Of a stretch of 64,000 nucleotides of DNA, positions 15,123 through 27,979 are shown piece by piece. Every line of letters starts with the position of its first letter. Position 1 is the stretch's first letter. Both the position numbers and the translations under genes were made by a program. Origin of the DNA: Auanema rhodensis (lineage: Eukaryota > Animalia > Nematoda). The stretch lies in assembly GCA_964057225.1 (NCBI GenBank), contig OZ059899.1, forward strand, positions 5,580,001 to 5,644,000. The letters are read 5' to 3'. Below the pieces are notes generated by a model. The model worked only from the letters and a program-made list of their open reading frames with translations. It was not told where the DNA came from and made no database searches.

Positions 15123-16369
15123 GAATGAGTGTTAATTATTTTCTCATTATTCTTGAGACTGAGACACAGTCTAATTATTTGTCTTTTTTTCCTAAAAAAT
15201 TGTTGAATTTTTCCCTTTTTTTCTGTATATCTTTCTAAAATAAGCAGTTCGATAATCTCAAATTTTTCTTTTTGTTCTTCAAAATGCCCATAACTTCCAA
15301 AGATCTTTGAAGATAATTCCAAGAACCTGCACATGTCTAAACAATGTTTCCGAGCCAGTGCTGGCCAGTGTGATTACCAATGTCTATGGCCTACTTGGCC
15401 TTTTAAGAACTTGAAGACAACAAAAGACTTCAAACATTTTAAGTTGAAAAAGCAAAGAATGCAAAGTTATAGTTGATGCTTTCTGAAATCATCATCATCT
15501 TCAATGCTTTCATATTTGTAGTAATTTTTTCTTCTTCTTCAACTAAATCTTCGCCAAGTTTACTTCAAATTTTCATGTGACTTACATAAGCATAGTATTG
15601 CCAAATTGCACTCGCTCATCCTTCTTCGGTTGTTTTTGTGCTTGCTCCATCCTCAATTTGAAATTTAATAAGCAGAATATGTATATACATACACACATGC
15701 ACAGAAATATATTATACATATCTATGTACATTTATGTATAATATTTATATTTTTCATCATCATATATACAATTATAATAAGATATGATCTATATTGATTA
15801 ATATATATATATATATATTTAATATAAAAAGAACTAAAATTTGAGTTTCTTTCTAGTTAGTTCAAAGCTATATTCTCATGCCTTTAATTTACTTGAACGT
15901 ACTCAATGAACTTTTCAACTAGAAATATAATTGAAATAACACAAAGCCTTTTTTTTTTTAAATATTGTCCTTTATATAAATATATTTTATTCTTTCAAGG
16001 AATTGTAGTATAAACTTAATAATTATATTAAAGCATTTTCTTTGTAAATTTCATCTTTTCATACAAAAAAAATGTTTCAGTTGCAAGTTTTCTTTGTACG
16101 ATCTATATTATTATTTTTATTATATGCTATACCTCAAAGTATATATTATTATTATATATAACATTTAAATAAATATTAAAATAATAGAAAAAGTTCTTTT
16201 ATATTATTTTAAACTTTTTGTTTTTAGAAATATATATATATAATCATTTTAATTTATATTCAATTGTTTGTAACAACTTGAAAAACGATTAAGGACATTC
16301 CTCTTCTTCTTCTTCGTTTTACACATGTACGTGCATATCTAAATCTAAACTCTTTACCTCCTCTTTGAT

Positions 16370-16424
<55 letters not shown>

Positions 16425-16522
16425 CAATTTCTCTCTCTCTTAGAATTCGTTCATCATTTTCTTTTCTTGCTTCTATTCATTTTCCCTTTTTCCTACCTCA
16501 TTTCTATTTCTTCAAGAAATTG

Positions 16523-16561
<39 letters not shown>

Positions 16562-19500
16562 ACATCCAAAAATTGTCATTCTCTACGTTTCTCAGTAAAC
16601 TCGATTTAGATAATCAGACTATCTTTCTATTCAATGTTTTGTGATGCAGGATGATTCTTTTCTTCTTTTAGCCATTATTTTTCTTCTTCGCAAAAAAATA
16701 ATTCAAACACCCTCCTCCATTTTTTTTAATTAATCGGAAAAAAATATAAAGTGAAAATGAGAGAGAAAGAGAGATGAAGAGAGAGACACAACAAAAAAAA
16801 AAGAATCATCTATACAAGACAATCTCATCAGTGTTTATAATTTATATTTATATAAACAAAAAATAAGTATAAGAGGTTCAAATATTTTAATTAATTCTTA
16901 TATAATCAACTATTATATATATCTAAAACTACAAAAAAAAACTAAAAACTATTTAAATAAGTAATTTTTATATTTCTAACTACATATATGTATGTATAAA
17001 TATTATAATCATTTATGAACATTTCGAAGATCAAATGAATATGTAACTCCTCTTCATCAAGTAAGATTGAGACATTCATATATAATTTTGTATCTTTTTT
17101 TTTCTTTGATTGATATATATATATATACAATATTATAACTTAAAAAAAAAAGAGTTATGATTATTAATGTATTAACTAGATCAATTTCTGGAAATTATTT
17201 AAAAAATTAAAAGAATTTATCAAAAAAATATATGAATGAATATAAAATTCGTCAATTTTATACAATTCATCTACATATATCATATTGTATATTGTTTTCA
17301 AATATATAAAATCAAACCGGAAAAAGAAAAACGTCATTTCTATTCTAGCAAATGACAATTTTCTTCTCTTAATAGCTTATTACCTAACTCGAAGCTACAT
17401 CATCATCATCATCATCATTCAACTACATTTTAACGTTAAAGATGTTAGTGAACATGAGATGAATACTGATTCACTAGCATCCTGTTTTCATTTAACATTA
17501 ATAAAGTCATGAACATGTTTACGAAAAAAAATTACTGTTTTTGAGTTCAATTTCGTATAAAGGATTCTACAATTTCTTATATTAATGTTCTTTTCTTGGG
17601 TTGCCTGCCTCAAAAATGATAGACTTGACATGTTCTTCCTCATTCTCATCAATATATTTCATGTGTGCTTCACTACTTCCTTTTTTCATTTAGTTGAGAT
17701 GAACTGAAGTCTATTTTTCTTCTTTTCTTAACACCCTCGCGTCATCTACTTTTCCTGCTGCTGAACCTTTCTCTCTTTTTTCATATCAACTTTCTATTCA
17801 ACCATCACTTACACATAATATTTCATTTTGAACGTTCAAAGCAGCATGATCATGTTCGTTTTCAATCAATTTAAAATTATGTTTTTACTCAAATTCGAAC
17901 TATCAAGAGAGATTAACATATTGTTGCCAACACATACATATAGATCATTAACCACCTTTTAGAATTAGAAAACGAAATTATAATTCAAAGTTATATTTTC
18001 AAAAATATAAGTCAATATATATACTATATATATGTATAACAAAGTTTAAATGAACAATTTTTGATTCAAAATTCAATTTTCAATATAATTTATGACCTTT
18101 TATGAAGTAATAGCTATAATTCTGTTTTACTTTTCATCTAATAAGATGTAGATATTGATACTAGCTCATAGTAATAGATAGTTATATCAACAACTTTTAT
18201 TTAAATTTTCATATAAATTAACTATTAGATTCAGTATAAGATTAGCTTTTATGTTATTTATATATATATATATATATACATATAAAATATATAAATATAT
18301 CTATATGTATATGTATTTGCAGAATTCATCAAACATTTATTGATATGAAAGATATATATGATGTTTAACAATGTTGATAATCAATTTGCAAAAAAAAAAA
18401 ACGAAAAAAAAAAGGATACAGTTTCTTTTTTTATCAAAATAGTTAGCTTTTTATTGTGTCATGTGTATATATCCATTTATTTCTCAATTTCATATTTTTT
18501 GTTCATATATAATTTTGAATAAATTTGTGTATAAAAAAAAAGAAAATAAAGAAAGTTTTGTTTTTGCTTTAATTTTTGTATCACAAAAATTATCATCTTT
18601 CATCTTTTTTTTCACAAAAATTATTCCGCTGTTTGAATATTATTATGTTTCGTTTTCATTTTCTTTTTCAAATTTGAAGATGTCCTTGTTATAAACTAAC
18701 ATAACCATGTACTAACACAAGATTGTTAATCAAAACCTAATCGCAACTAGCTGATCAATATTCAACTTTTATTTATGTGAATATACTAAATGGATATGTA
18801 TGTGAATATATATATATATATATATATATCATATAGGCTTCTTATTCTATTCATATGTATATAATACATTTCATTTTACTTATCATGATCGTATCTAACA
18901 TTTCTATTTTAACTTATACTGTCAATAGGATTAAGATTCTTTTTTTTTTATTCAAAAGTACATTATATACTTTTATATTTATATACATATAGTTAGTATA
19001 TTTAATATTTTTTAATGAAGAAAAATCTTTTCTTTTTTCTTATATTATTTACAACATTTCACGTGTAAATTAACTTATTTTTCATTTTAATATAACACGA
19101 AACGGTTGTTCCCATCTTCACGTTATATTCAAATATCTTTGATATTTTAGATTGTATTTAATATACAATATATATATATATATATATATATACATAAATA
19201 TAATATGTATAGTATATTATATACATATATGAAGTAGCAAAACAAGACTGAGGTGGTCTTTTTGCTATGCTTAAAAAGAAAAATATCTTTTTGTGATTGA
19301 TGTTGTTATCACTGCTCAAATACCTATACTTTCTGAAACTAGACGCATGTCAAAAAAAAATTTTTTTTTCGACAAGATTGCTTTCTCTCTAAGCTATACA
19401 AGTTGATATTATAGGCATACATAAGCTAATATGACAAGAAGTAAGGATTGATTGTGCATCTTCCTTGTCACCCACCAACAGCTTCTCTTATTCTTCTCGT

Positions 19501-22500
19501 CTTTTTTTTCTCATTTTCTTATGCTTTTTCTGCTTCTACGCAATTTCTTTTCGTCAGAAAGAGCCTTATACTTAATTTGTGCTGGATCTTCACAGTCAAG
19601 TGGGATCTAGCTTTAGGCATTTTACACACGTATGAAATTGATTTATCTTGCTCTAGCAATTTCTTGTGCTTTCTCAATTATGCTTTTAGAGTTGAGTTGT
19701 AATTTGAAAATTCTAGAGTACACATGGATCTAAAGAGCCGATTTACCAATTTTTGAAATAAATGCTTTAACGATAGAAAATCATTGAGCTATCGAATTCA
19801 AAAGCAGTTTAGCTGTCCTTTGAAGTATTCGCGTGACTTTACTATTCTCTCACTAGCACTTTACTATCCTCTCACTGGTTTACTACAAACCAACTATTCA
19901 AAACTTCTGCATAAAAAATTTTTGAACCGTTCAATAGAACCTGATTGAATCTTTTTTAAAACTTAACAAAAAGAAAAAGAGGTTTCATAATTTAAAAGTT
20001 TAATAGTTGTATGTGGTTTTGATGCTATCTAAGATGTTAAAAGATTCTCAACTTTGTCACGAATATATGAAATCCGTCGACCTGATTTCCTTTTCCGGAT
20101 TGAATAAGCAGAAACTTTGCTAGAGTTTTAACTCTGCATCTCTACTTTTCATGTTCGTCATCCGCAGATCACTAGATTTCTGAACGTTCGTCAACTTCCT
20201 TTTCCTTTTTCTTATTTTCCATCTTCTCGATCTCAATATACATATACTATATACCTTAACTTTACATTGATGAATAAGCCTTTGAATTTATTTTATTTTT
20301 CTTCATAAAAGAAAGAGCTGTAAATTCTTTTCGAAATTAACAACAATGTGTAGATACATTGAAGATTATTATTATAATTTTTTTTGAATTTTAAAATTAC
20401 TTTTTAGATTATATACAAATATATAAACTTTGAATCAGGAAGTTTGATGTCAAATGTTTCCTAATTCATATAATTGATCCTTATGATCTATGTAAAATTG
20501 AAAATAATTAAGTATCACAAAATGTATCTAGTTCGGAATATAAAGATAATTAGTACAATATTGTTAATTAGTTGAATATTAACCGAAACTTGAAATATAT
20601 TATTTCTTGAGCAGATGAACACAGTTATCAATTATTCTTGAAATGAAATTAAAAACAAGCTATTTTGTATTTTGGTATATATATATAATCTAAAAAGTTT
20701 ATACATAATATTATAGTATATATATATATATATACTATATATATATATATATAGTATATATAGAAATACTTCGGATGTCAGTTTATATGTATTTCTTAGG
20801 CGAGTGCCTGTACGGCTTCAGTGCATTTCATGTTTTTTTTATAACATTCTTTTGAATTAGCGACATAATTTTTTTACAATTTCATGATTCGCTTCTCAAT
20901 TTTCATTATTATTATTTTTATTATTATTATTCATTGTTTTCAGCAGGACATATTTAGTTCACTTGATAGGTTTTCATTTCTTATTTCAAAACTTCACAAA
21001 ATGACTTTTATATTCGTTGAATTCAAGACTATTTTGAATTTCTAGTAATATAAAGTATATATATAAATATATAAATATATGTATATCATTTATCATGTTC
21101 TATTTGATTAATCTAATCCTAACTATACTACAAATCATTCATTTTGTAGCTTTTTCTTTCTTTTCTGTTAGTTACTCATTTCTCAATTCTTTTTAATTTT
21201 TTTTTGTTGCTCTCCAATTAAATACAGTTTTTTTTTTCAGTTTCATTATAATAATTTTAAAATTATTCAAAAATTTTGATTTTGGTTTCAAGCCTTTTAG
21301 AGAATCATGTGCTCTTTTTAACCATATAACAGATGATTTTTCTTTATAATTTTTGTTTTTTACAACCTGAAACTGCATTGTTGTTTTCATATTTGTGCAT
21401 ACAGGAAATATTTTGAACAATATTTTATAATATTTTAAATATTTTATTTTAATTTTATTTAATTTCAGTCGTCTTCGAGCACGATATCCGTCTCGTTGAC
21501 TGACGAGGCTTCCTCCGCGGTAGTCGGTGGAGGCGGACTGCCCTCGGCCGCACTGCGAGCCTTCTGTGGCTGCTTCTGCCGACCGGAGATAGAGATAAAG
21601 CAACAAAAACGGTCGAAACATCAGCAAAAGATCTCAAACCGTTTCAGTGCTGGAGGTATGTTAAGCTTTTTTTTGTATTACCCATTTATCTATTATAATT
21701 GAAATGAAAAAGACAATAATAGTGCCATGAAATATTTTTTTATTAACAAAAAACAATTCATATATCAGAATTCATTTTCAAATGTATTAATGCATAGTTT
21801 GACATACACTGTATTCAGTTATAATCAAACTGATAACCATGGCGACAATTCTAGTGGTGTGCCGATTAACAATAAAGAAAAGCTATTAGAGAGAAAATTT
21901 TGTTATTCATCTTTCTAATTCTCGTCATATTCTTTTATCTCATTTCAAAACATTTTTAAATACAATTTTCTGATGTCAGGTGCCAAGAAATACTGAGATT
22001 AACATTTTTAAATCAAAAATGTTTCATTCAATCCAAGAAAATTTTTTATGTAATTCAAAGTATAATTAGTTTTCTTTGATTGTTTCTCGGAGATGATGAG
22101 AATAGAAACTATAAAAAGCACAAATTATTATTCAAGAGAGCTCAAAATTGTTCAACATGTGAATATTGAATGTTTCAAATCTGGATGATTACACACATTT
22201 TTGCTTTGTTCCTGAAGTTTAAAAAGATAAATTAAATTATTAAAATATTATTTATGACGTTTATTCATAATAACATAAATAAATAAAAAATAAAACATTC
22301 TTTTCATTATAAAATTAAAGTAATTGACTCAATGTTTACTTATACCATATAATATAATATAATTATATACATAGTTATATGTACTGAGGGTTTTTTGCAA
22401 ATACTGTTTATACATATTTTTTTTCTTTTTTCTTTTATTTTGCATTGAAAAAAATAAATTAAACCCATGTTAATTCATAAATACGAAATATAAAAAAAAG

Positions 22501-25500
22501 TTTTTGAATCGAGATTCATGATAATTAACTATAAATGTCTACAAGCTACACTTCACTTGCTATTTATTTTTATATTGCGAATGGTTCTATCTTGATATCT
22601 TCTTCTAATATCTTTTTGATATCAAAAAGATAATATTTTTGCTGTTTCATGTCAGATAATAAATATTATTTCTATTTTAGGCAATCCAAGATCAGGCTCG
22701 ACAAGTAGTACTAGTAGCAGCAGCTCTAGTTCGTCGACCTCGCCGTCGTCGCCAGCTCGAACTTGCTGCTTTACATCATTTTTTTCACGAATCTCGTCTA
22801 TGGGAACAGCTGTGTCGTCAGCATCGTCACCGGAACCAGATGAAAGCTCACCAACTACAGAACGTATTGCAACTTATTTATCAGAAAAGCCGCTAAAAAT
22901 GGCCCACATGCTCAAAGCTACCAAGTAAGTAATCATATTGTTTTTGGGATAAACTGTACAAGCCTAGAAAATAATTTTTGAATATGAATGAATAACAAGA
23001 AGTAGTTTTCTTTCTTTTTTTCTCTCTCTGTCTCTATATCTTGTAGATCTGAATTATATAGAAAGACAAGAGGAGGGAGGGGGGGGGGGGGGGGGGGAAA
23101 GAATGTTATAACTGACAACTATTTTCTTTTTATTTCTCAGAAACATTGTGAGAATTCAACTTGTCTGATTGTTTTATTTGATTAGAAAATTTTTCAATTT
23201 AATATAATTGAATAATTTGGAGAACAACAAAAACTAAACTATTCCATAATTTAATAGATTCCAGATTAATCGTAATTGAATTCTGAAAACTGTTCTCCAT
23301 TTAAAGAAAAAAAAGACAATTTTTAAAGTTATATCCCTTTATCATATTATCATGTTTCAGATTAATCAATGACTCATCAACAGATGAAAAAATATTTTTA
23401 TTTGAATCTGGTATTCTACATACACTTTGTGAATTAATAGCAGAATGTGGAAGTGTGGAGGGTCAGCATAAATTTATTCATAAGTAAGTATTTAAAATAT
23501 AATGTTTATATATAAATATATATTTATTTATAATATTTTTTTATTTTTAAAAACATTCATATTTTGTTGATCACTTTTTTTTTGTAATTTCTTAAGTAGT
23601 TGCAATAATTTAGTATTTTTCAAAAATACAATCTATTCTTTCTTTCTTATTTTAATCACTTTTCATATATTCAATTTTGAGTAATAATCCTATTGAAATT
23701 GCTGAAACACCAAATAAATAAAAATAACAACTATTAAGAATATTATTATGTTAACAAATGGCTTTCAGGAATGCATCTGAAGAACGCAAACGACACCAAC
23801 TGCGGCGGAGTTCAGAAGCTAACAATGCATCGCATCGTGGAGTAGGATATGGACATGGTTCAACAAGATCAAGATGGGATATTGAAAGAACAGTAGAAGA
23901 AAAATTAGCTCGAGAAGAAAATCTAACATGGCTATTAAATGCTTTGAATACTTATATCTATTCGTCATCACCTGATTTTCCCTGTAGACGATCATCTGCA
24001 GAGTTAGCTCATTTATCATCTTCTGTTATAAATGAAATAGGTAAGAAAAGCTATATAGTTATGTATTTATAAAATATATATTTAAGGAGATAGTGCTGTT
24101 ATTGTACTTCTTGAATACCATCTTAAAAATGATAGTGTTTTTGATGTCAGTGAACATATGGAATTATATCAAGCTCTAATGGAAACAGCTGCATCAATGG
24201 CAACTGTACCTCAGTTAGTACCGTATTTGGTACGGCCTTATCAAACGGGTGCCAAATCTATTGCCAAGGAACTCATACCTAAATTCAAAGAAATTATGTT
24301 ATCTTATACAAATACTTGGAAGGGCAAGTTAGGTTCGCCTGATTTCCGAATGATAGATTTTGTTAATAAAATTGAAACTTATTCTGAAGTAAGATATATG
24401 ACTTCAGTACTAAGTAATAATTTGAATTTTCAGGCCGTTTTACAAGCTTCCCGTGAATATGAAGCTCAGCTTCCTGCTGAAGAACGTATTCGAACGGCTA
24501 CAGTTCGACCGCGTGCTACACAAAGCGAAGTTGCATTGAGCCGTCGTGCTCTGGAGGTTCGTGGAATAATAGCAAAAACAATAAATAATTGTTGATCAAT
24601 TCAGAATGAAGAAATACGCCCAGATCAGAATACTGATGTTACCGTGCTTTATAATAAAGCTTTGAAGCATCTTCAAATGCAAACACATAGGTTTGTCGGT
24701 GATTATGGCAAACTAGTCACATCATTCACGTTCAAAAAGGAAATTCGTAATACTAATCCTTTCTCTCCCTCTTTAAGAGAGCGTACAAAGAGAATCACAA
24801 AGGTATAGGAAGCGTCTTGCTTTCAAGCATCTTATATAATCTCTTTAAGGAATTGGCTTCTATGACTAATTCTCTGCCATTAAATGCAAGTAATAGCATT
24901 TTCGTTTGCGTGGACGAAAGTCGTTGCGACATAATCAAAGTGCTGATTTCTGGACCTGATGATACTCCTTATGCTAATGGATTATTTGAATTTGATGTAT
25001 TTTTCCCTACAAGGTAATACATCTTTTTTTTTGTATGTAAAATTTTTTTTTTGCAGTTATCCCTTTTCTCCTCCAAAATGTGCTTTCCTCACCACGGGAT
25101 CAGGAAATGTACGATTCAATCCAAATTTATATAACGATGGAAAAATTTGTTTATCAATTTTGGGAACTTGGGAAGGCAGGCCTGAAGAGAAGTGGACACC
25201 ATATTGTTCACTGATGCAAGTCCTCGTTAGTATTCAGGTACTGACCGAATCGAAAAGAACAGTTTTTAATTATTTGGTATTCTAGGGATTAATTTTCGTG
25301 AAAGATCCTTATTTTAATGAGCCTGGTTTTGAAAAGTACCAAGGAACCGAAAAGGGTGATGATTATTCTAGAAAATATAATCTTCAAATAGAACATGCTA
25401 CCTTAACATATGCAATAAGAGATCAATTAAAAAATCCTCCAGAGTACTTTAAGGTATTTTCTTCTTAAGAATCTTTAATAATACTTATTCCATAATTATT

Positions 25501-25858
25501 TCAGAAAGTAATTCAAAGACATTTCTGGTTAAAACGACATGCCATTATCGAACAAGCGAAAGCTTGGATGGTTGAAATGCGCAAAGATGCTTTGGAAAGC
25601 GAAAGAAATCCGAAAAAGAAAGATCTGGTCACATTCGAGTCGCTATATAACCCATTCCACCAGGTTAGAATTTAAAATTCACAAATTTAAATATTATATT
25701 TGGAAAAAATATTTTACTTCCTACTTACAGGAGAGAGCAATTCAACAACTTATAAATGAACTCAATAATATGACATGTCCTGTTGATCCATGTAAGTTTA
25801 GGAGATCTATTAATTTGAGATCATATCGTACTGATGAAAATATTTTACAGACGTCTAG
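10255..25858 (+). CDS. ubc-17: BIRC6/BRUCE-like ubiquitin-conjugating enzyme without a visible BIR domain (ubc-17-like); 5' end unresolved
   Basis: Phase-compatible exons: 10255-10381 (tentative), 21469-21655, 22681-22924, 23361-23483, 23769-24040, 24087-24388, 24434-24556, 24605-24802, 24850-25013, 25057-25237, 25286-25453, 25505-25663, 25731-25791, 25851-25858. UBC core ISGPDDTPYANGLFEFDVFFP...VRFNPNLYNDGKICLSILGTWEG with the catalytic Cys. Upstream motifs GVGYGHGSTRSRWDIE and HLKNDSVFDVSEHMELYQAL resemble the BIRC6 C-terminal region. Confidence 0.85.
16375..16560 (+). repeat. Adjacent (CT)n and (TG)n microsatellites
   Basis: (CT)n at about 16375-16421 and (TG)n at about 16527-16560, inside the 11-kb UBC intron. 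Confidence 0.95.
19836..19879 (+). repeat. 22-bp tandem duplication
   Basis: ACTTTACTATTCTCTCACTAGC is followed directly by ACTTTACTATCCTCTCACTGGT. Confidence 0.8.
23071..23097 (+). repeat. G19 homopolymer (G-quadruplex-capable)
   Basis: AGGAGGGA followed by 19 consecutive G (23079-23097), in a UBC intron. Confidence 0.95.
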
Positions 25859-27052
25859 CCCCTTCTCTTCCAATATTGTCAGCTCTGAACTTTTTCATAT
25901 CTTTATGCATAGCTTGTGCCTTGGAATAATGGCCCTTCCATAATTTGGGATTTGGATCATCAATTATCTTACAAAATGACTCGAGCAATTCCTGCAATTG
26001 AAACCTTAACTTTCTTATATTCCTCATGTATTGAGTTTTTATTTATAATATTTAATTTCTGAAACATATCAAACTGACTATGTAATCAAGAAATGCTTCT
26101 CGTATCTCAAGAATTGTGAATGACCAACATTTCATCTATGTGGTATAATACCTTGGTGAACATATGACACATGTGATGTTTTAGGAATTTTTTGAATTAT
26201 GAATTTTTGTTAAAAATCAAATTTTGTATGCATTACTTTGTTTGATTAAACAATAAAACATAAAACCTACCACCGGATTGATAGAAGATATAGAACGTGG
26301 ACCCCAGGAATAAAAATATTCAGTAGTTTCATGAGTTCTACTTTTTTCATGATTAATCCAGCCTTAATATTACAAAGAAATATAAATACAATGTAAAAAT
26401 ATGAACCTTTCTGAACAAACTCTGAAGTATTGCTGGGGGAGATCAATTTTGATATATCTCCAAAAACGGCATCATTGCCATCAACATTTATCCCGAATTC
26501 TTTCTAATAAATTGAACTAAACCAATAAAAAAAAGAAATCCCACAAGAGCCTTTGTTATTACAGCTTCCGGAACTGGTTTTGGAGTGGCGGGATTAGTTG
26601 ACATGAATATAGTGGTCAAAATTACAAGCAACAACCCATTTTTTGCATCTTCCTTTCAAAAATATTATTAAAAAAATATTTAAATCAAAAGCAACCTCAA
26701 CGTCATCTGAACTTTGGACAGCTTTTAAAGAAGGAAGATTATTACACAACATTATACGCCCATCGTTGGATGTAACCTAAGAAGCAATAAAAGAAAAGAA
26801 AACTTAAAACAGAAATAAACATACTACACATCCTAGAGAATCTTCCAATTTCAAAGAAGAGTCTACTAAAACTGCTTGAAAGCCTTGCTTATCGAGGTCA
26901 AGCTTTTTCTTCATATCAGCTTCTTTAATAACTGATTTGTTCTTCTAATATTAAAGTCATTATTTAAGAATTGTGCATCAATAACGCACCTCCATGCATA
27001 GCAAAAATTGAGCAGCATCTTTAGTGGTATCATCACGAGGAACTAAACTCAT
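25845..27052 (-). CDS. nse-3: MAGE-domain protein, likely SMC5/6 subunit NSE3 (NSMCE3)
   Basis: Spliced minus-strand frame MSLVPRDDTTKDAAQFLLCME-KNKSVIKEADMKK...KNGLLLVILTTIFM...FGDISKLI...EFVQKGWI...YFYSWGPRS...ELLESFCKIIDDPNPKLWKGHYSKA...RRL*. GLLxVILxxIFM, FGD and WGPR are MAGE homology domain motifs. Missed by the ORF track except for the last exon. Confidence 0.8.
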
Positions 27053-27979
27053 TATTTTTATTTTTCCTAAATAAAAATCAAAATTAAGCTATTTTTTATT
27101 CCAAGGTACGTAATTAAGTGTACGCAAACTATCGTATAATTCAAACAGCCTGGTTTGTTTAAATCAATTTCTTTTGAACTGGCAACTATATGATGTACGA
27201 TTATTTTGGAATAGTTTTATAAAAAAGGAGGGACAGACATTTGAATAGTACGCAGGATGACTAATATATTTTAAATATATTATATAGTTTGTATAAGTAA
27301 TAGATTTGTTATTTCGTAAAGTGATTATGACAGATCTCAGATTTTTGTGAGAGAACAATTGCTATGACTTGAAAAAAAGAAAATATTGTTCTTATCAAGT
27401 TATGCATGATGTGTTTTTCAGATGTTTTTTTTTGTGTGAATAACAAAGATCTATGGAACCAATTTTCAATAGAGCTGGTTTGAGCCAAAAACTGAAGCTG
27501 CATCTTAGGTATTTTCGTTTCGTTCATAATCCTATCATCCTCATTGACTTGACCCTCATTATCTTATGAAGGTATCATTAGCTTTCCATTGCTCTAGTGA
27601 CATGCGACCTAGGCTGACATTTAGTATCTTAATCCGCCCCATAAGGGCAGATGTTATTTATGCTGGCTTCCAATGAAGATAGATCCATTACCTTTATTTG
27701 AGCCCTTTCTTATTAAAATAGAAGACGGAGGCTAATTAATATAGCTTCCTTGTTGCTTTCTTAAGGTGGAGCGCATGAACACCATATTTCTATCCAGCCG
27801 CCCTTCAATTATAAACCCCTTTCAAGTTTAATAACTACCAATATCTGTGATTGCATAGAAAATGCATTAAAGCTATCCCATCTGTTTACAATGTCTATTC
27901 AACAGCATCTCATATTGTGAAATATCTTGATTAATTAAACTGTTTTATTGCAATAAATTTTTATTTAAATTTAGGAAAA

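Noticed and set aside
374-19702. Dozens of 60-105-aa ORFs in the first 20 kb
   Set aside because: They are F/I/L/Y/S-rich translations of AT-rich and microsatellite DNA, often with TTG/GTG starts. They have no family motifs and no consistent splice phases.
20713-20762. Palindromic (TA)n/TATAGTA structures, and a similar one at about 3774-3793
   Set aside because: Self-complementarity is a trivial property of low-complexity AT repeats.
21193-21637. Minus-strand ORFs of 144 and 60 aa
   Set aside because: They are antisense shadows of the GC-rich UBC exon 21469-21655.
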